Below, piece by piece: positions 1 through 8,076 of a stretch of 64,000 bases of DNA; positions within the stretch are counted from its first letter, which is position 1; each line of letters begins with the position of its first letter. The stretch is from Pirellulales bacterium (GTDB taxonomy: Bacteria > Planctomycetota > Planctomycetia > Pirellulales > JAICIG01): the NCBI GenBank assembly GCA_040901675.1, contig JBBDYJ010000030.1, positions 1 through 64,000 on the forward strand. The letters are read 5' to 3'. The position numbers were made by a program, and so were the translations under genes. Below the pieces are notes generated by a model. That model saw only the letters and a list, made by a program, of their open reading frames with translations. It was not told the DNA's origin and did not search any database.

Positions 1-26
1 GGACTTCGGCGAGCTCAGTCGAGTCG
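1..26. repeat. REP-like palindromic repeat; exact reverse complement of 61837-61862
   Basis: GGACTTCGGCGAGCTCAGTCGAGTCG matches CGACTCGACTGAGCTCGCCGAAGTCC at 61837-61862. Confidence 0.8.
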
Positions 27-54
27 TAGCGTGCCCCAGTCTTCGTCCCTGTTC

Positions 55-1293
55 CTATTCCTCCTTCCTCCTTCCTCCTTCTGCCTTCAATGCGGGGCCT
101 CTCAACAACTCCTTGATGCGGGTAGCAAGCAGCATGGCCGCCTGCCGGTCGAGGTGCAACGGGTTGATTGTCAGCCGGCCTTCGTCGAGCCGCCCTTGGC
201 CGACATAGCAGGGCGGCTCGCCCGACCGCAGGTTGCGGCAGACGTCGAGCGCCGACCCACCCTCGGCAGATTCGTCGATCGCAATCTCCAAGAGCGGAAT
301 CGTCTCGCCGTCGTCCGGATCAATCACCTTGCACTGGGCCGGCGAGTTCGCCAGCGCATCGACAATCGTCCGCAGGCAATCGCGGTATCCGGCCAGCTTG
401 CGATCGTAATGGCCACCGGTGAACAGCTCCAGGGCGGTCAACAGGGCGACGATCTGCTCCTTGGCCACCTTGTGCGCCCGGCCGATCCCGTGCCGCGGCA
501 TCCCGGTCAGCCGCGTGCGATCGATCAGCTCGGCCGGCGGCTCCCACAGGCGGTAGTGATCGTCCATATCCAAGAGTTGCAGCGCGGCCGAGCCGATCAG
601 GTCGCGGCGGCCGCAGAGGATGCCGGTTCCCTGCGGGCCGCGAATCGCCTTGCCGCCGCTGAACGCCACCAGGTCCGCGCCGCTGGCGGCAATGCTCTTG
701 AGGTTCGATCGCGGCGGCAGCTCGCCGGCCGCATCGACCAGCACGCTCAGCCCGCGGGCGTGTGCGGCGGCCACAACCTCGGCCAGCGGCGGCCGCGCGT
801 TTGGGCCGTACACGTACAGCACGCCGGCCGTGCCCGGCCCGAAGGCGGTCGCATATTCCCAGGCCTCGGCCCGCCGGACACCCGCGTTGGCCACCTGCTC
901 ATGAAAGCCCACTTCGACCAGCCTTGCGCCGGCCGCGCGGACCGCGTGGTCGTAGCCGTTGCGCTGTTCGCGGGCGACGACGAACTCGTGCGGGAAGCCC
1001 TGGCAATGCGGCAACTGCTCCATGCGGGCCGCATCGTATCCGCACAGGATGGCGGCTGCCCCCAGCGTCAACGCCGAGGCGGCCCCTGCGGTGACCAGTC
1101 CCGCTTCGGTGCCCGTGGCGGCGGCGATCCTTCGCGAGGCGGCCGCCTGGAGTTTTTCTAGCGGGACCGATTTCGCGCTTGCCTCGACCAGCGCATCGAG
1201 GACCGCTTGTTCCATCGGCGCGCCGCCCAGCCGCGTGACCGCCCCCGAAGCGTTAACGATCGTCTTCAGTCCCAGTTGCTCGTAGACGCCCAC
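55..1293 (-). CDS. SelA-like / DgaE-family PLP-dependent enzyme
   Basis: N-terminal IVNASGAVTRLGG, VLVDAA, and PLP-lysine motif FSGGKAIRGPQ. Confidence 0.85.
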   Translation of the reverse strand: MGVYEQLGLKTIVNASGAVTRLGGAPMEQAVLDALVEASAKSVPLEKLQAAASRRIAAATGTEAGLVTAGAASALTLGAAAILCGYDAARMEQLPHCQGFPHEFVVAREQRNGYDHAVRAAGARLVEVGFHEQVANAGVRRAEAWEYATAFGPGTAGVLYVYGPNARPPLAEVVAAAHARGLSVLVDAAGELPPRSNLKSIAASGADLVAFSGGKAIRGPQGTGILCGRRDLIGSAALQLLDMDDHYRLWEPPAELIDRTRLTGMPRHGIGRAHKVAKEQIVALLTALELFTGGHYDRKLAGYRDCLRTIVDALANSPAQCKVIDPDDGETIPLLEIAIDESAEGGSALDVCRNLRSGEPPCYVGQGRLDEGRLTINPLHLDRQAAMLLATRIKELLRGPALKAEGGRRKEE

Positions 1294-1578
1294 GCGCTCG
1301 ATCCGCTCCTCTTGCTGACGTTATGCTTGCTCGGTCAATCAGCCGTTGGGCACCAATCTAAGCGGGCAGCCGGCCGCCGTCCACCGTCTTCGGATATGAA
1401 CTGACGCTACGCCACGACGGACGCTGGCTCTCGCCAAGGCGCTAAGGCGCAAAGACGACGCACGAACAAGGTCCATGAGAACGGCCAGATTCGACGGCGG
1501 GGCTGGTCTCAGCCATCGGATTGCGCCGCGGTTTTACGTACAATAATCCATGAATGAATCCCTGAATGGGAACATGCC

Positions 1579-2157
1579 GTGTCCAATAGGGTTGCCACCG
1601 TCCTTTTAGTCAGCGCTCACGCACTGGCCGTGCTGGGACTGTGGACCGCCACCAAGTGGCTCTCGTTGCCGTACCCGCTGGCAGTGTTCCACCAGTCGTT
1701 GTCCGCAAGCCAGCTAGGCCTGGCGTCGATCTGGCTCGGGCTGAGTCGTGTTCGGCGGTCTCGTCGCCTTTGCGTTGTCCTTTGTTTTGTGACGATTCAC
1801 GTTTTCCTGATGATTGCACCGAACCTTGCGGCCCTCGCTTGGCTGGAGAAGATAACGATCGTCGCCGTGATGACCGCGATCCACTTGGTGTACATGGGTC
1901 TTGTCGCTCTGCCGCTTGCCGCTCTGCGCTTTCGCGGAAGCCGGCTGGCGAGATTGCCATCCGAGGAGAGGATCACCAGTCGGGAGGGGCTGCAATTCAG
2001 GCTGGTACACGTCTTCCTTTGGACATTGATTGTGGCGGTGTTATTCGCACTCGGACAAGTCATGCCCGCCTTCGGAAAGATGGAGGGAATGGCCATTGCT
2101 CCTCGCCGCCGCTTTGATCCTGGGAGTCTTGCTGCCGTATTACTTTCGAATAAATAA
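1579..2157 (+). CDS. Hypothetical membrane protein, possibly truncated at the C-terminus
   Basis: Several hydrophobic segments and a planctomycete-type LQFRL..F.WT motif; ORF ends immediately before a hairpin repeat. Confidence 0.6.
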   Translation: MSNRVATVLLVSAHALAVLGLWTATKWLSLPYPLAVFHQSLSASQLGLASIWLGLSRVRRSRRLCVVLCFVTIHVFLMIAPNLAALAWLEKITIVAVMTAIHLVYMGLVALPLAALRFRGSRLARLPSEERITSREGLQFRLVHVFLWTLIVAVLFALGQVMPAFGKMEGMAIAPRRRFDPGSLAAVLLSNK

Positions 2158-2158
2158 T

Positions 2159-2210
2159 GGGGATAAGTCCAATTGATTGACGTGACTACCTGCTAATTGG
2201 ACTTATCCCC
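2159..2210. repeat. Perfect 16-bp-arm hairpin (REP-like), copy 1
   Basis: GGGGATAAGTCCAATT-N20-AATTGGACTTATCCCC. Confidence 0.9.
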
Positions 2211-2224
2211 CTTTTCTCCTTCAT

Positions 2225-2508
2225 TGCCCCCTGTTTCATGCTTCTCCTTGGCTTCGCCACCAACGCTTCGCAGGCGACCGAGCAGCTCTTGCTTGCCGGG
2301 GCCGCCGCGCTGGGCGAGTTTGCTGGGGCGGTCGCGCACGTCGGCCGCGCCGCCAAAGCCCGAGACGATCCACTGCCGCAGGTTACCCGCCAGGTGCAAC
2401 AGCAGGTTGCCGATGCTGTTGGTCGACTCGCACGAGTGCCACCAGACCTGCTCGTCGGTCAACTGGGCCAGGCAATGCTCGATCTTGCCCAGCGCATCGG
2501 CCAGCTCG
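2225..2508 (-). pseudogene. Duplicated, internally deleted fragment of the DinB/DUF1572 gene at 4779-5306
   Basis: 2322-2508 matches 5067-5253 with 1 mismatch; 2246-2321 is a diverged match to 4991-5066; 2225-2244 matches 4768-4787 at 19/20. Confidence 0.85.
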
Positions 2509-2519
2509 AGCGAAAAAGA

Positions 2520-2582
2520 GGGATAAGTCGGGGATAAGTCCAATTGATCGCCGCACGGCGCCAGGTAATTGGACTTATCCCC
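2520..2582. repeat. Perfect 16-bp-arm hairpin (REP-like), copy 2, preceded by a partial extra arm
   Basis: GGGATAAGTC + GGGGATAAGTCCAATT-N21-AATTGGACTTATCCCC. Confidence 0.9.
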
Positions 2583-2650
2583 ATTTCTTCTTTGCGATCT
2601 ATTTATTCATTGCGCCTTTGCGCCTTTGCGAGAGGTCTTTTGATCATCGT

Positions 2651-3409
2651 TCACTGGCAACCGCGCAGGCGGAGGCGCACGAGCAAATCGCTCAAAGCCG
2701 CGGCGGCGGTGGGCGATTCGGGCAGAGAGGTGGCCTCGAACGCGGCTTGCAGCTCGGTTCGGAACTGCTCGTACTGGCCGCTGTGGAACTCCAGGTCGGC
2801 CTCGGTCAGCGCTGACTGCTCGGTGTTCTCGGTCTTTTGCCGGATCAACTCGTCAATGAAAGGCAGCCGGGCCGACTCGTTCAACCGGGGCAGGTTGGCT
2901 TCGATCCGGCCGGTCTTCATCAGGTGAATGCCGGTCAAGAGCACGCGGTAGACGTACAAGAGCGGTTTGATGCGGGGCGGATCCTCCTTCTGAAAGAGCT
3001 TCCATTGCGTCTCGGCAAAGCCGAAGTAGTGGTGGGCGTGGTGCCGGGTGATGCAGCCGGCGGCGACCTGTTTCAGCTCGGCGTGCTCCGGGCTCGTGTG
3101 AACGACCAGCGGCGAAAAAACCTGCTCCAGCACGTAGCCGTTCTTCTTCAACAGCAACTCGAAGAACTTTTTCACGTCGTGCGTGACCAGGTCAATCTCC
3201 AGCCCATCCTGAACCCCCGATTTCCCGACTGTCTCGGGGCCGGTGTTGAGCCCGACCACTTCTTCCAGCGGCAACAAATGCGCGCCCCGCAAATCGTAGT
3301 CGGAATCGGGCGACGGAAAGCCGTACAAGTGCGCGCCGCTGATGGTTGCAAACAACAGCGGGTACGGATGGCTCTCGATTTGTTGGGCCAGGCGGGCGTC
3401 GACTGTCAT
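2651..3409 (-). CDS. Pol-beta-type nucleotidyltransferase (RlaP / YcgL-like)
   Basis: SGAHLYGFPSPDSDYDLRG catalytic motif; KPLLYVYRVLLTG helix. Confidence 0.85.
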   Translation of the reverse strand: MTVDARLAQQIESHPYPLLFATISGAHLYGFPSPDSDYDLRGAHLLPLEEVVGLNTGPETVGKSGVQDGLEIDLVTHDVKKFFELLLKKNGYVLEQVFSPLVVHTSPEHAELKQVAAGCITRHHAHHYFGFAETQWKLFQKEDPPRIKPLLYVYRVLLTGIHLMKTGRIEANLPRLNESARLPFIDELIRQKTENTEQSALTEADLEFHSGQYEQFRTELQAAFEATSLPESPTAAAALSDLLVRLRLRGCQ

Positions 3410-3795
3410 TCGGGTTCATTCCACTGCTTGCCATGCCGGAATTCGTGCCGCAACTCGATCAGTCCCACAATGTTGGCGTTCAACGCTTCCAGCTCCTCGG
3501 CCGGGATCCAGTACTCCGTCAGCTCCCGCCCGCCCACCTGCTGCGGGACAAACTGGCCGATGTACTCGCTGCGGACGCTGAATCTCAGAACATAACCAAC
3601 ATTCCCCACGGCCGGATCGCGAGAATTCCATTCACGGGCGATCCGCATTGCGTAATCTTCCGTCAGCACCGGGTAGAAAATCGGCTGCCAGAACAGCCGA
3701 GGAGGGAATTTCCGCCAACCCGATTCCCGGATCAGGTCCAGCTCTTGCCGGCCGACAGGTCGATAGAGGGTGACAGCGTCTTCATGAGGGTTCAT
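3406..3795 (-). CDS. Small conserved protein with a putative ADP-ribosyltransferase-like fold
   Basis: TLYRPVG..EL, FPPRL..QPIFYPVL, A..WN, EYWIPAEEL; ATG at 3795, overlapping both neighbours. Confidence 0.7.
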   Translation of the reverse strand: MNPHEDAVTLYRPVGRQELDLIRESGWRKFPPRLFWQPIFYPVLTEDYAMRIAREWNSRDPAVGNVGYVLRFSVRSEYIGQFVPQQVGGRELTEYWIPAEELEALNANIVGLIELRHEFRHGKQWNEPE

Positions 3796-4741
3796 CCCGG
3801 CCCTCCTCGGCTGCCTGGCGGCGGGCCCGGACCAGGAACTCGTTTGCCCGCTCGTAATCGGGGCGCTCGGGCAGACTGGTCCTCTCGAAAGCAAGATTGA
3901 ACTCGTGGTGCAAACTGCCGCGCCACTTCTCGATCTCCTCCCAATCCATCTCGCCACGCCGGATGGCCAACAGCTCGTCGCGGTGAGCGTCGACCGGCAC
4001 CGCTACATAGCCGGTGCGCAGCACCTCGATCCCGGACAGCAGCAGCCGGATCAGGTGCATCACGTGCTTCCACTTGACCTCGCCATGATTGCGGATGTCG
4101 GCCTGCATTTTTTTGAACTGCGACATCACGTAGCCGTTGTACGTCTGGTACACCAGCCGGGAGAGAAAGATCGACCGCATCGCCAGCAGCTCCTCGGCCA
4201 GGGCAGTCGCTCGCTCGACCAATGGAGTGTAGAGGCACTCCAGCACGTTCGGGTTCGCCTTGAGCGCCAGAATGAGAAACTTCCGTAGCTCCCAGTAGGC
4301 CTCCTGCGTCTCGTGGTTTTCGAGCTGCTCCGGCACGCCGAACAGCGACCATTCCAGCTCGGCGGGCGGCAGGTAGATGCCGCGGCGGTCGATGTCCGAC
4401 TGCGAGTCGGCCAGCCCATACGCCTGCGAGCCGATGACGCAGCGATAAATCACCCGCTCAAACAGGTCGCCGCGCGCCATCGTCACGTCCGTGTCGCCGA
4501 TCGCCCCTTCTTTATACTGGGCCAGCAGCATCACTTCTTCACGCTCGAACGCAACCTCCAGCCCATCGAGGAACCGAACGCGGTAGCCTTGTTCCTTGTC
4601 CGCCGGCGCGCGGACCACGATGCCGACCGAACCCTTCGGGTGCAGGATGCGGCCTGCCTCGCCGGGCACATCGACCAGGGCGACTACCTGCGTTCCAGGC
4701 GAAAAGACAAGGCCAGGGTGATAATGCACTCGATCGCTCAC
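3782..4741 (-). CDS. Second RlaP-like nucleotidyltransferase with an N-terminal SH3-like extension
   Basis: GSQAYGLA...SDIDRRG, ANPNVLECL, KHVMHLIRLL; probable GTG start at 4741. Confidence 0.85.
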   Translation of the reverse strand: MSDRVHYHPGLVFSPGTQVVALVDVPGEAGRILHPKGSVGIVVRAPADKEQGYRVRFLDGLEVAFEREEVMLLAQYKEGAIGDTDVTMARGDLFERVIYRCVIGSQAYGLADSQSDIDRRGIYLPPAELEWSLFGVPEQLENHETQEAYWELRKFLILALKANPNVLECLYTPLVERATALAEELLAMRSIFLSRLVYQTYNGYVMSQFKKMQADIRNHGEVKWKHVMHLIRLLLSGIEVLRTGYVAVPVDAHRDELLAIRRGEMDWEEIEKWRGSLHHEFNLAFERTSLPERPDYERANEFLVRARRQAAEEGRDEPS

Positions 4742-4778
4742 GCCGGAAAAACTCCGATGCGGAAACCTGCCCCCTGTT

Positions 4779-5306
4779 TCATCCTTCCACACCGCCTTGC
4801 TCAGCGGTGGTCGGCTGCCAGGCGAACCGATAGGCATCGCCGAGCTGCAGCCGCGTCAGATGCACGATCTCCTGCGTGTGGCCGCGGAAGTGGGGCACCG
4901 CGTGGAAAATCGCCGCCAGGCCGTTCACCTCGAATCCCTGGATCCGCCGCACCCGGAGCAGCTCTTCCGGCGAAAGCGACGACAGGGCGGCCTTGGCTTC
5001 GCCCACCACGCCCCGCAATCGGCCGAGCAGCTCCTGGCTCCCGATGCCGCCGCGTTGGGCGAATTCGCTGGGGCGGTCGCGCACGTCGGCCGCGCCGCCA
5101 AGGCCCGAGACGATCCACTGCCGCAGGTTACCCGCCAGGTGCAACAGCAGGTTGCCGATGCTGTTGGTCGACTCGCACGAGTGCCACCAGACCTGCTCGT
5201 CGGTCAACTGGGCCAGGCAATGCTCGATCTTGCCCAGCGCATCGGCCAGCTCGTTTCCCGCTTCTGCGGCCAGAGCGGCGCACAACGGCTCGCTGGAACA
5301 TCCCAT
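4779..5306 (-). CDS. DinB superfamily / DUF1572 protein
   Basis: NSIGNLLLHLAGN and H..GHTQEI metal-binding His motifs; start uncertain. Confidence 0.8.
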   Translation of the reverse strand: MGCSSEPLCAALAAEAGNELADALGKIEHCLAQLTDEQVWWHSCESTNSIGNLLLHLAGNLRQWIVSGLGGAADVRDRPSEFAQRGGIGSQELLGRLRGVVGEAKAALSSLSPEELLRVRRIQGFEVNGLAAIFHAVPHFRGHTQEIVHLTRLQLGDAYRFAWQPTTAEQGGVEG

Positions 5307-5396
5307 GCTGAACAACCTCGCGAAGCAACCCACGGCTCGGACGAGCGCTCAATTGGACCGGGTACTGCGGAGGCATTCAAGTGCGACGCTGGCCAG

Positions 5397-6626
5397 CTAC
5401 CGGAAGAGGGGCAACAGCGGAAACGTGCCGGCCAGGGCGGCCTGGTGCGGCAGCTCGAGCCAGTTTGCGAGCAGGGTCTGGTAGACGCTGCGAAAATCGA
5501 CCGACGACTTCAAGTCGCCCTGATCGAGGTCGCCGAGGCTGGGGATCGCGCCGACAAGGCCGCCTCGCACGGCGCCGCCGGCCAGGAACACTGGGCCCGC
5601 CGTGCCGTGGTCGGTACCGGCGGAAGCGTTTTCTTTGACCCGGCGGCCGAACTCGCTGAAGGCCATGACCACCACGCGGTCCGACAGCATGTCTGCATCC
5701 AGATCGCTGAAGAATGCCCTCAGGGCGGCGGCCAGCTCGCCGAGCAACGAGGCATGCTGTGGCAGTTGTCCCGCGTGTGTGTCGTACCCTGGCTGCTGCG
5801 TGTAAAAGACACGCATCCCCAGTCCGGCCCGCAGCAGGCGCGCGATGAACCTCAGGTGCGCCGCTAGCGGCGTCGGAGGATAGGAGGCGCTGGAATCGAC
5901 GTTGCCCAGCCCGCCGAGCTGGCTGGCCGTTCGAGCGGCGTCCACGGCCGTGCGAATAACGAACTCGTTCAAATCGCTGGCCGGTTTTTTCGGATCCCTG
6001 GCTGAGGATTGCCGGCCGAGCAACTCGGCCTGCCAACTCGCCAGTTGGAATTGCTCCGGCCGATAGACGCTGGTCCCGCGCGAGCGGCGGCCGCGCAACG
6101 CCACCGGCAGCACCTGCGGGCCGACGCTGATCGCTGTTGGGCTATCCGGCGGCCGCTCGGCTTCGTCGAGTCCCTGCCCGATCCAACCCAGGCTCGTCTG
6201 CTCGCCCGCTTCGAGCCGGGCCGTGTGCCAGGCGGCCATGCTCTGAAAATGTGAGCGGCTGGGGTTGGGGTAACCGACCCCCTGCACGATGGCCAGTCGT
6301 CCGGACTCCCAAAGGCCGGTCAGCGGGCGCAAGGCCGGGTGCAAGCCAACTTCCTCGTCGAGCTTGATCAACTCGCGCGTCGGCAGACGCAGGGCCCGCC
6401 TGGCTCGGGCATACCCTTCGTCGCGGAAGGATACCACCGTGTTAATTCCGTCGTTGCCTCCTCCCAGCTCGATCACCACCAGGATACGTTCGTCGGCATG
6501 GCCGGCCGCCACGTCGCCCGCACGACAGGCGGCCGAGCGGACGATGAAGGCGGGCACGGAGGCGGACAGCGAGGCCAGGATGGAGCCACCGAGACTGCGA
6601 GCCAGGAATGTGCGTCGCGTTGGCAT
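5397..6626 (-). CDS. DUF1501 domain protein with Tat signal
   Basis: TRRTFL, L.GGNDG.N, RSHF, SEFGRR..EN...GTDHG; AAAGGAG ribosome-binding site before the ATG. Confidence 0.85.
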   Translation of the reverse strand: MPTRRTFLARSLGGSILASLSASVPAFIVRSAACRAGDVAAGHADERILVVIELGGGNDGINTVVSFRDEGYARARRALRLPTRELIKLDEEVGLHPALRPLTGLWESGRLAIVQGVGYPNPSRSHFQSMAAWHTARLEAGEQTSLGWIGQGLDEAERPPDSPTAISVGPQVLPVALRGRRSRGTSVYRPEQFQLASWQAELLGRQSSARDPKKPASDLNEFVIRTAVDAARTASQLGGLGNVDSSASYPPTPLAAHLRFIARLLRAGLGMRVFYTQQPGYDTHAGQLPQHASLLGELAAALRAFFSDLDADMLSDRVVVMAFSEFGRRVKENASAGTDHGTAGPVFLAGGAVRGGLVGAIPSLGDLDQGDLKSSVDFRSVYQTLLANWLELPHQAALAGTFPLLPLFR

Positions 6627-6699
6627 GAACACGCTCCTTTCGAGGTTCCTGGTTGTCATTGGATTCCTTGGGGCGGGCGCTGCGGGATCGCACGGCAGA

Positions 6700-8076
6700 T
6701 CAGCCAAGCTGGGCTCTCGTTGAAGCAAGCAGCCGGGCCAACAGGCGGCCACTCGCCATGCCCGGCGGATCGAGCGCGGATAGAATTTGCGCTCGTCCTG
6801 CCTGGTCGAGCGAACCTCCGAACAGCAGCCGGTCAAGGAAGTCGAGCACTTGCTCGGTCGAGTGCCCAAAACCGTGCTGCCGTGCCAGCGCGGCGACGTC
6901 CGGCGGGCCGGCGGGATGTCGAAGCCGCCCTTCGGCGAGCTCGGATGCGAAGCGGACTCGAGCGATCATGGTCCGCGGCGAAAGCCAACTGCGGCCGCCT
7001 GGCCAACCGCCTACGTTGGGCGGGTAAAACAGTTCCTGGCCCAACTCGGCGACCCAGTCGGCCAGCACCGCGGGAGACGGACCGGAAGCAGTTTGCTCCA
7101 GGCCACGCACCGCGCTCAGGACGTAGTCGACAGGCGGCACGATCCTCGAGCCGATGCTCGCTTCGTCGAAAAACCGGGCCGACGAGAGCACGGTGCCGAC
7201 GGCCCATCCGATGTCCAGGTTGTGTTTGCGGAGCCCCTCGGCCAGCTCGTCCACGGCCGTCGCGTCGAGCGCTGCGGAGCCGAGAAAGTGATCACAGATC
7301 CGCCAGGCGATTCGATGGGCCGTGGCGCGGTGATCAAGCAGAATGCCAACCAGGTCGTCGGTCCGCCAAGGGCCGCTCCGACCCAGCACGGTCTTGCCGC
7401 CCGGGTCGTGCCGTTGTGGGTCGTCGCGCCACTGGCCGTCGCGCACGGTCCAGCCGGTCAAGACGCGGGCGGCCTGTTTCACGTCGGCCTCGGCATAGTT
7501 GCCGACGCCCAGCGTAAATAACTCCAGCAGCTCGCGGGCCAGGTTCTCGTTGGGGGCGCCAAAGCGGTTGCTTGGAGCATCGAGCCATACGAGTAATGCC
7601 GCATCGTGCACCGCTGAGCGCAGCAGGTCGCCGAACGGTGAGCGGCCCAAGCGGCGAAACATTTCGTTTTGCCGCCACATCAGCTCCACGTCATCCACCT
7701 TGAGGTTACTGGTGGCAAAATGGTTGTGCCACATCAACGTCAACTGCTCGCTCAAGGGGTCGGCCGTGCGCAGCATGCGGTAAATCCACCAGGCCTGGAG
7801 CTGCCCCGGCTGCCGGCGGGCCACCGCCGCCTCGGCCAGGCGGGCGGCGGTCTCTTCAAAGCGGCCGGTTTCACCGTCGGGTCTCGAACCGGCGAGCAGG
7901 CGATCGAGCGAAGCTTCGGGACCTTCGGCCAGGTCGCGCTCGATCTCGTTCCAGGTCGCGCCGAAGCCGGCCCGGCGGTGCAGATGAACGACCCGGCGGA
8001 GATCCCAGGGTGCATCGGCCTTGGGGCGATACGGCGCCCAGGACGGCGGGCCCTCGGTTGCGGGGGCGGGCGTCAT
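6700..8076 (-). CDS. DUF1800 domain protein
   Basis: HL.RRAGFG, WHNHFATS..KV, NEN.ARELLELFTLG, PPNVGGW; usual partner of DUF1501. Confidence 0.85.
   Translation of the reverse strand: MTPAPATEGPPSWAPYRPKADAPWDLRRVVHLHRRAGFGATWNEIERDLAEGPEASLDRLLAGSRPDGETGRFEETAARLAEAAVARRQPGQLQAWWIYRMLRTADPLSEQLTLMWHNHFATSNLKVDDVELMWRQNEMFRRLGRSPFGDLLRSAVHDAALLVWLDAPSNRFGAPNENLARELLELFTLGVGNYAEADVKQAARVLTGWTVRDGQWRDDPQRHDPGGKTVLGRSGPWRTDDLVGILLDHRATAHRIAWRICDHFLGSAALDATAVDELAEGLRKHNLDIGWAVGTVLSSARFFDEASIGSRIVPPVDYVLSAVRGLEQTASGPSPAVLADWVAELGQELFYPPNVGGWPGGRSWLSPRTMIARVRFASELAEGRLRHPAGPPDVAALARQHGFGHSTEQVLDFLDRLLFGGSLDQAGRAQILSALDPPGMASGRLLARLLASTRAQLG

Larger units (their letters stand above)
1428..2634. repeat. 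Inverted pair of (CGCAAAGG)n-type short repeats at 1428-1452 and 2610-2634
   Basis: CTCTCGCCAAGGCGCTAAGGCGCAA versus the reverse complement of TTGCGCCTTTGCGCCTTTGCGAGAG, 23/25 identical. Confidence 0.65.

Noticed and set aside
55..1293. True selenocysteine synthase selA
   Set aside because: Lacks the longer SelA N-terminal region and no selB, selC or selD is in view; better fits the SelA-like/DgaE subfamily.
2246..5253. DinB duplication as a diversity-generating retroelement template/variable repeat pair
   Set aside because: Mismatches are not adenine-specific on either strand and no reverse transcriptase is present.
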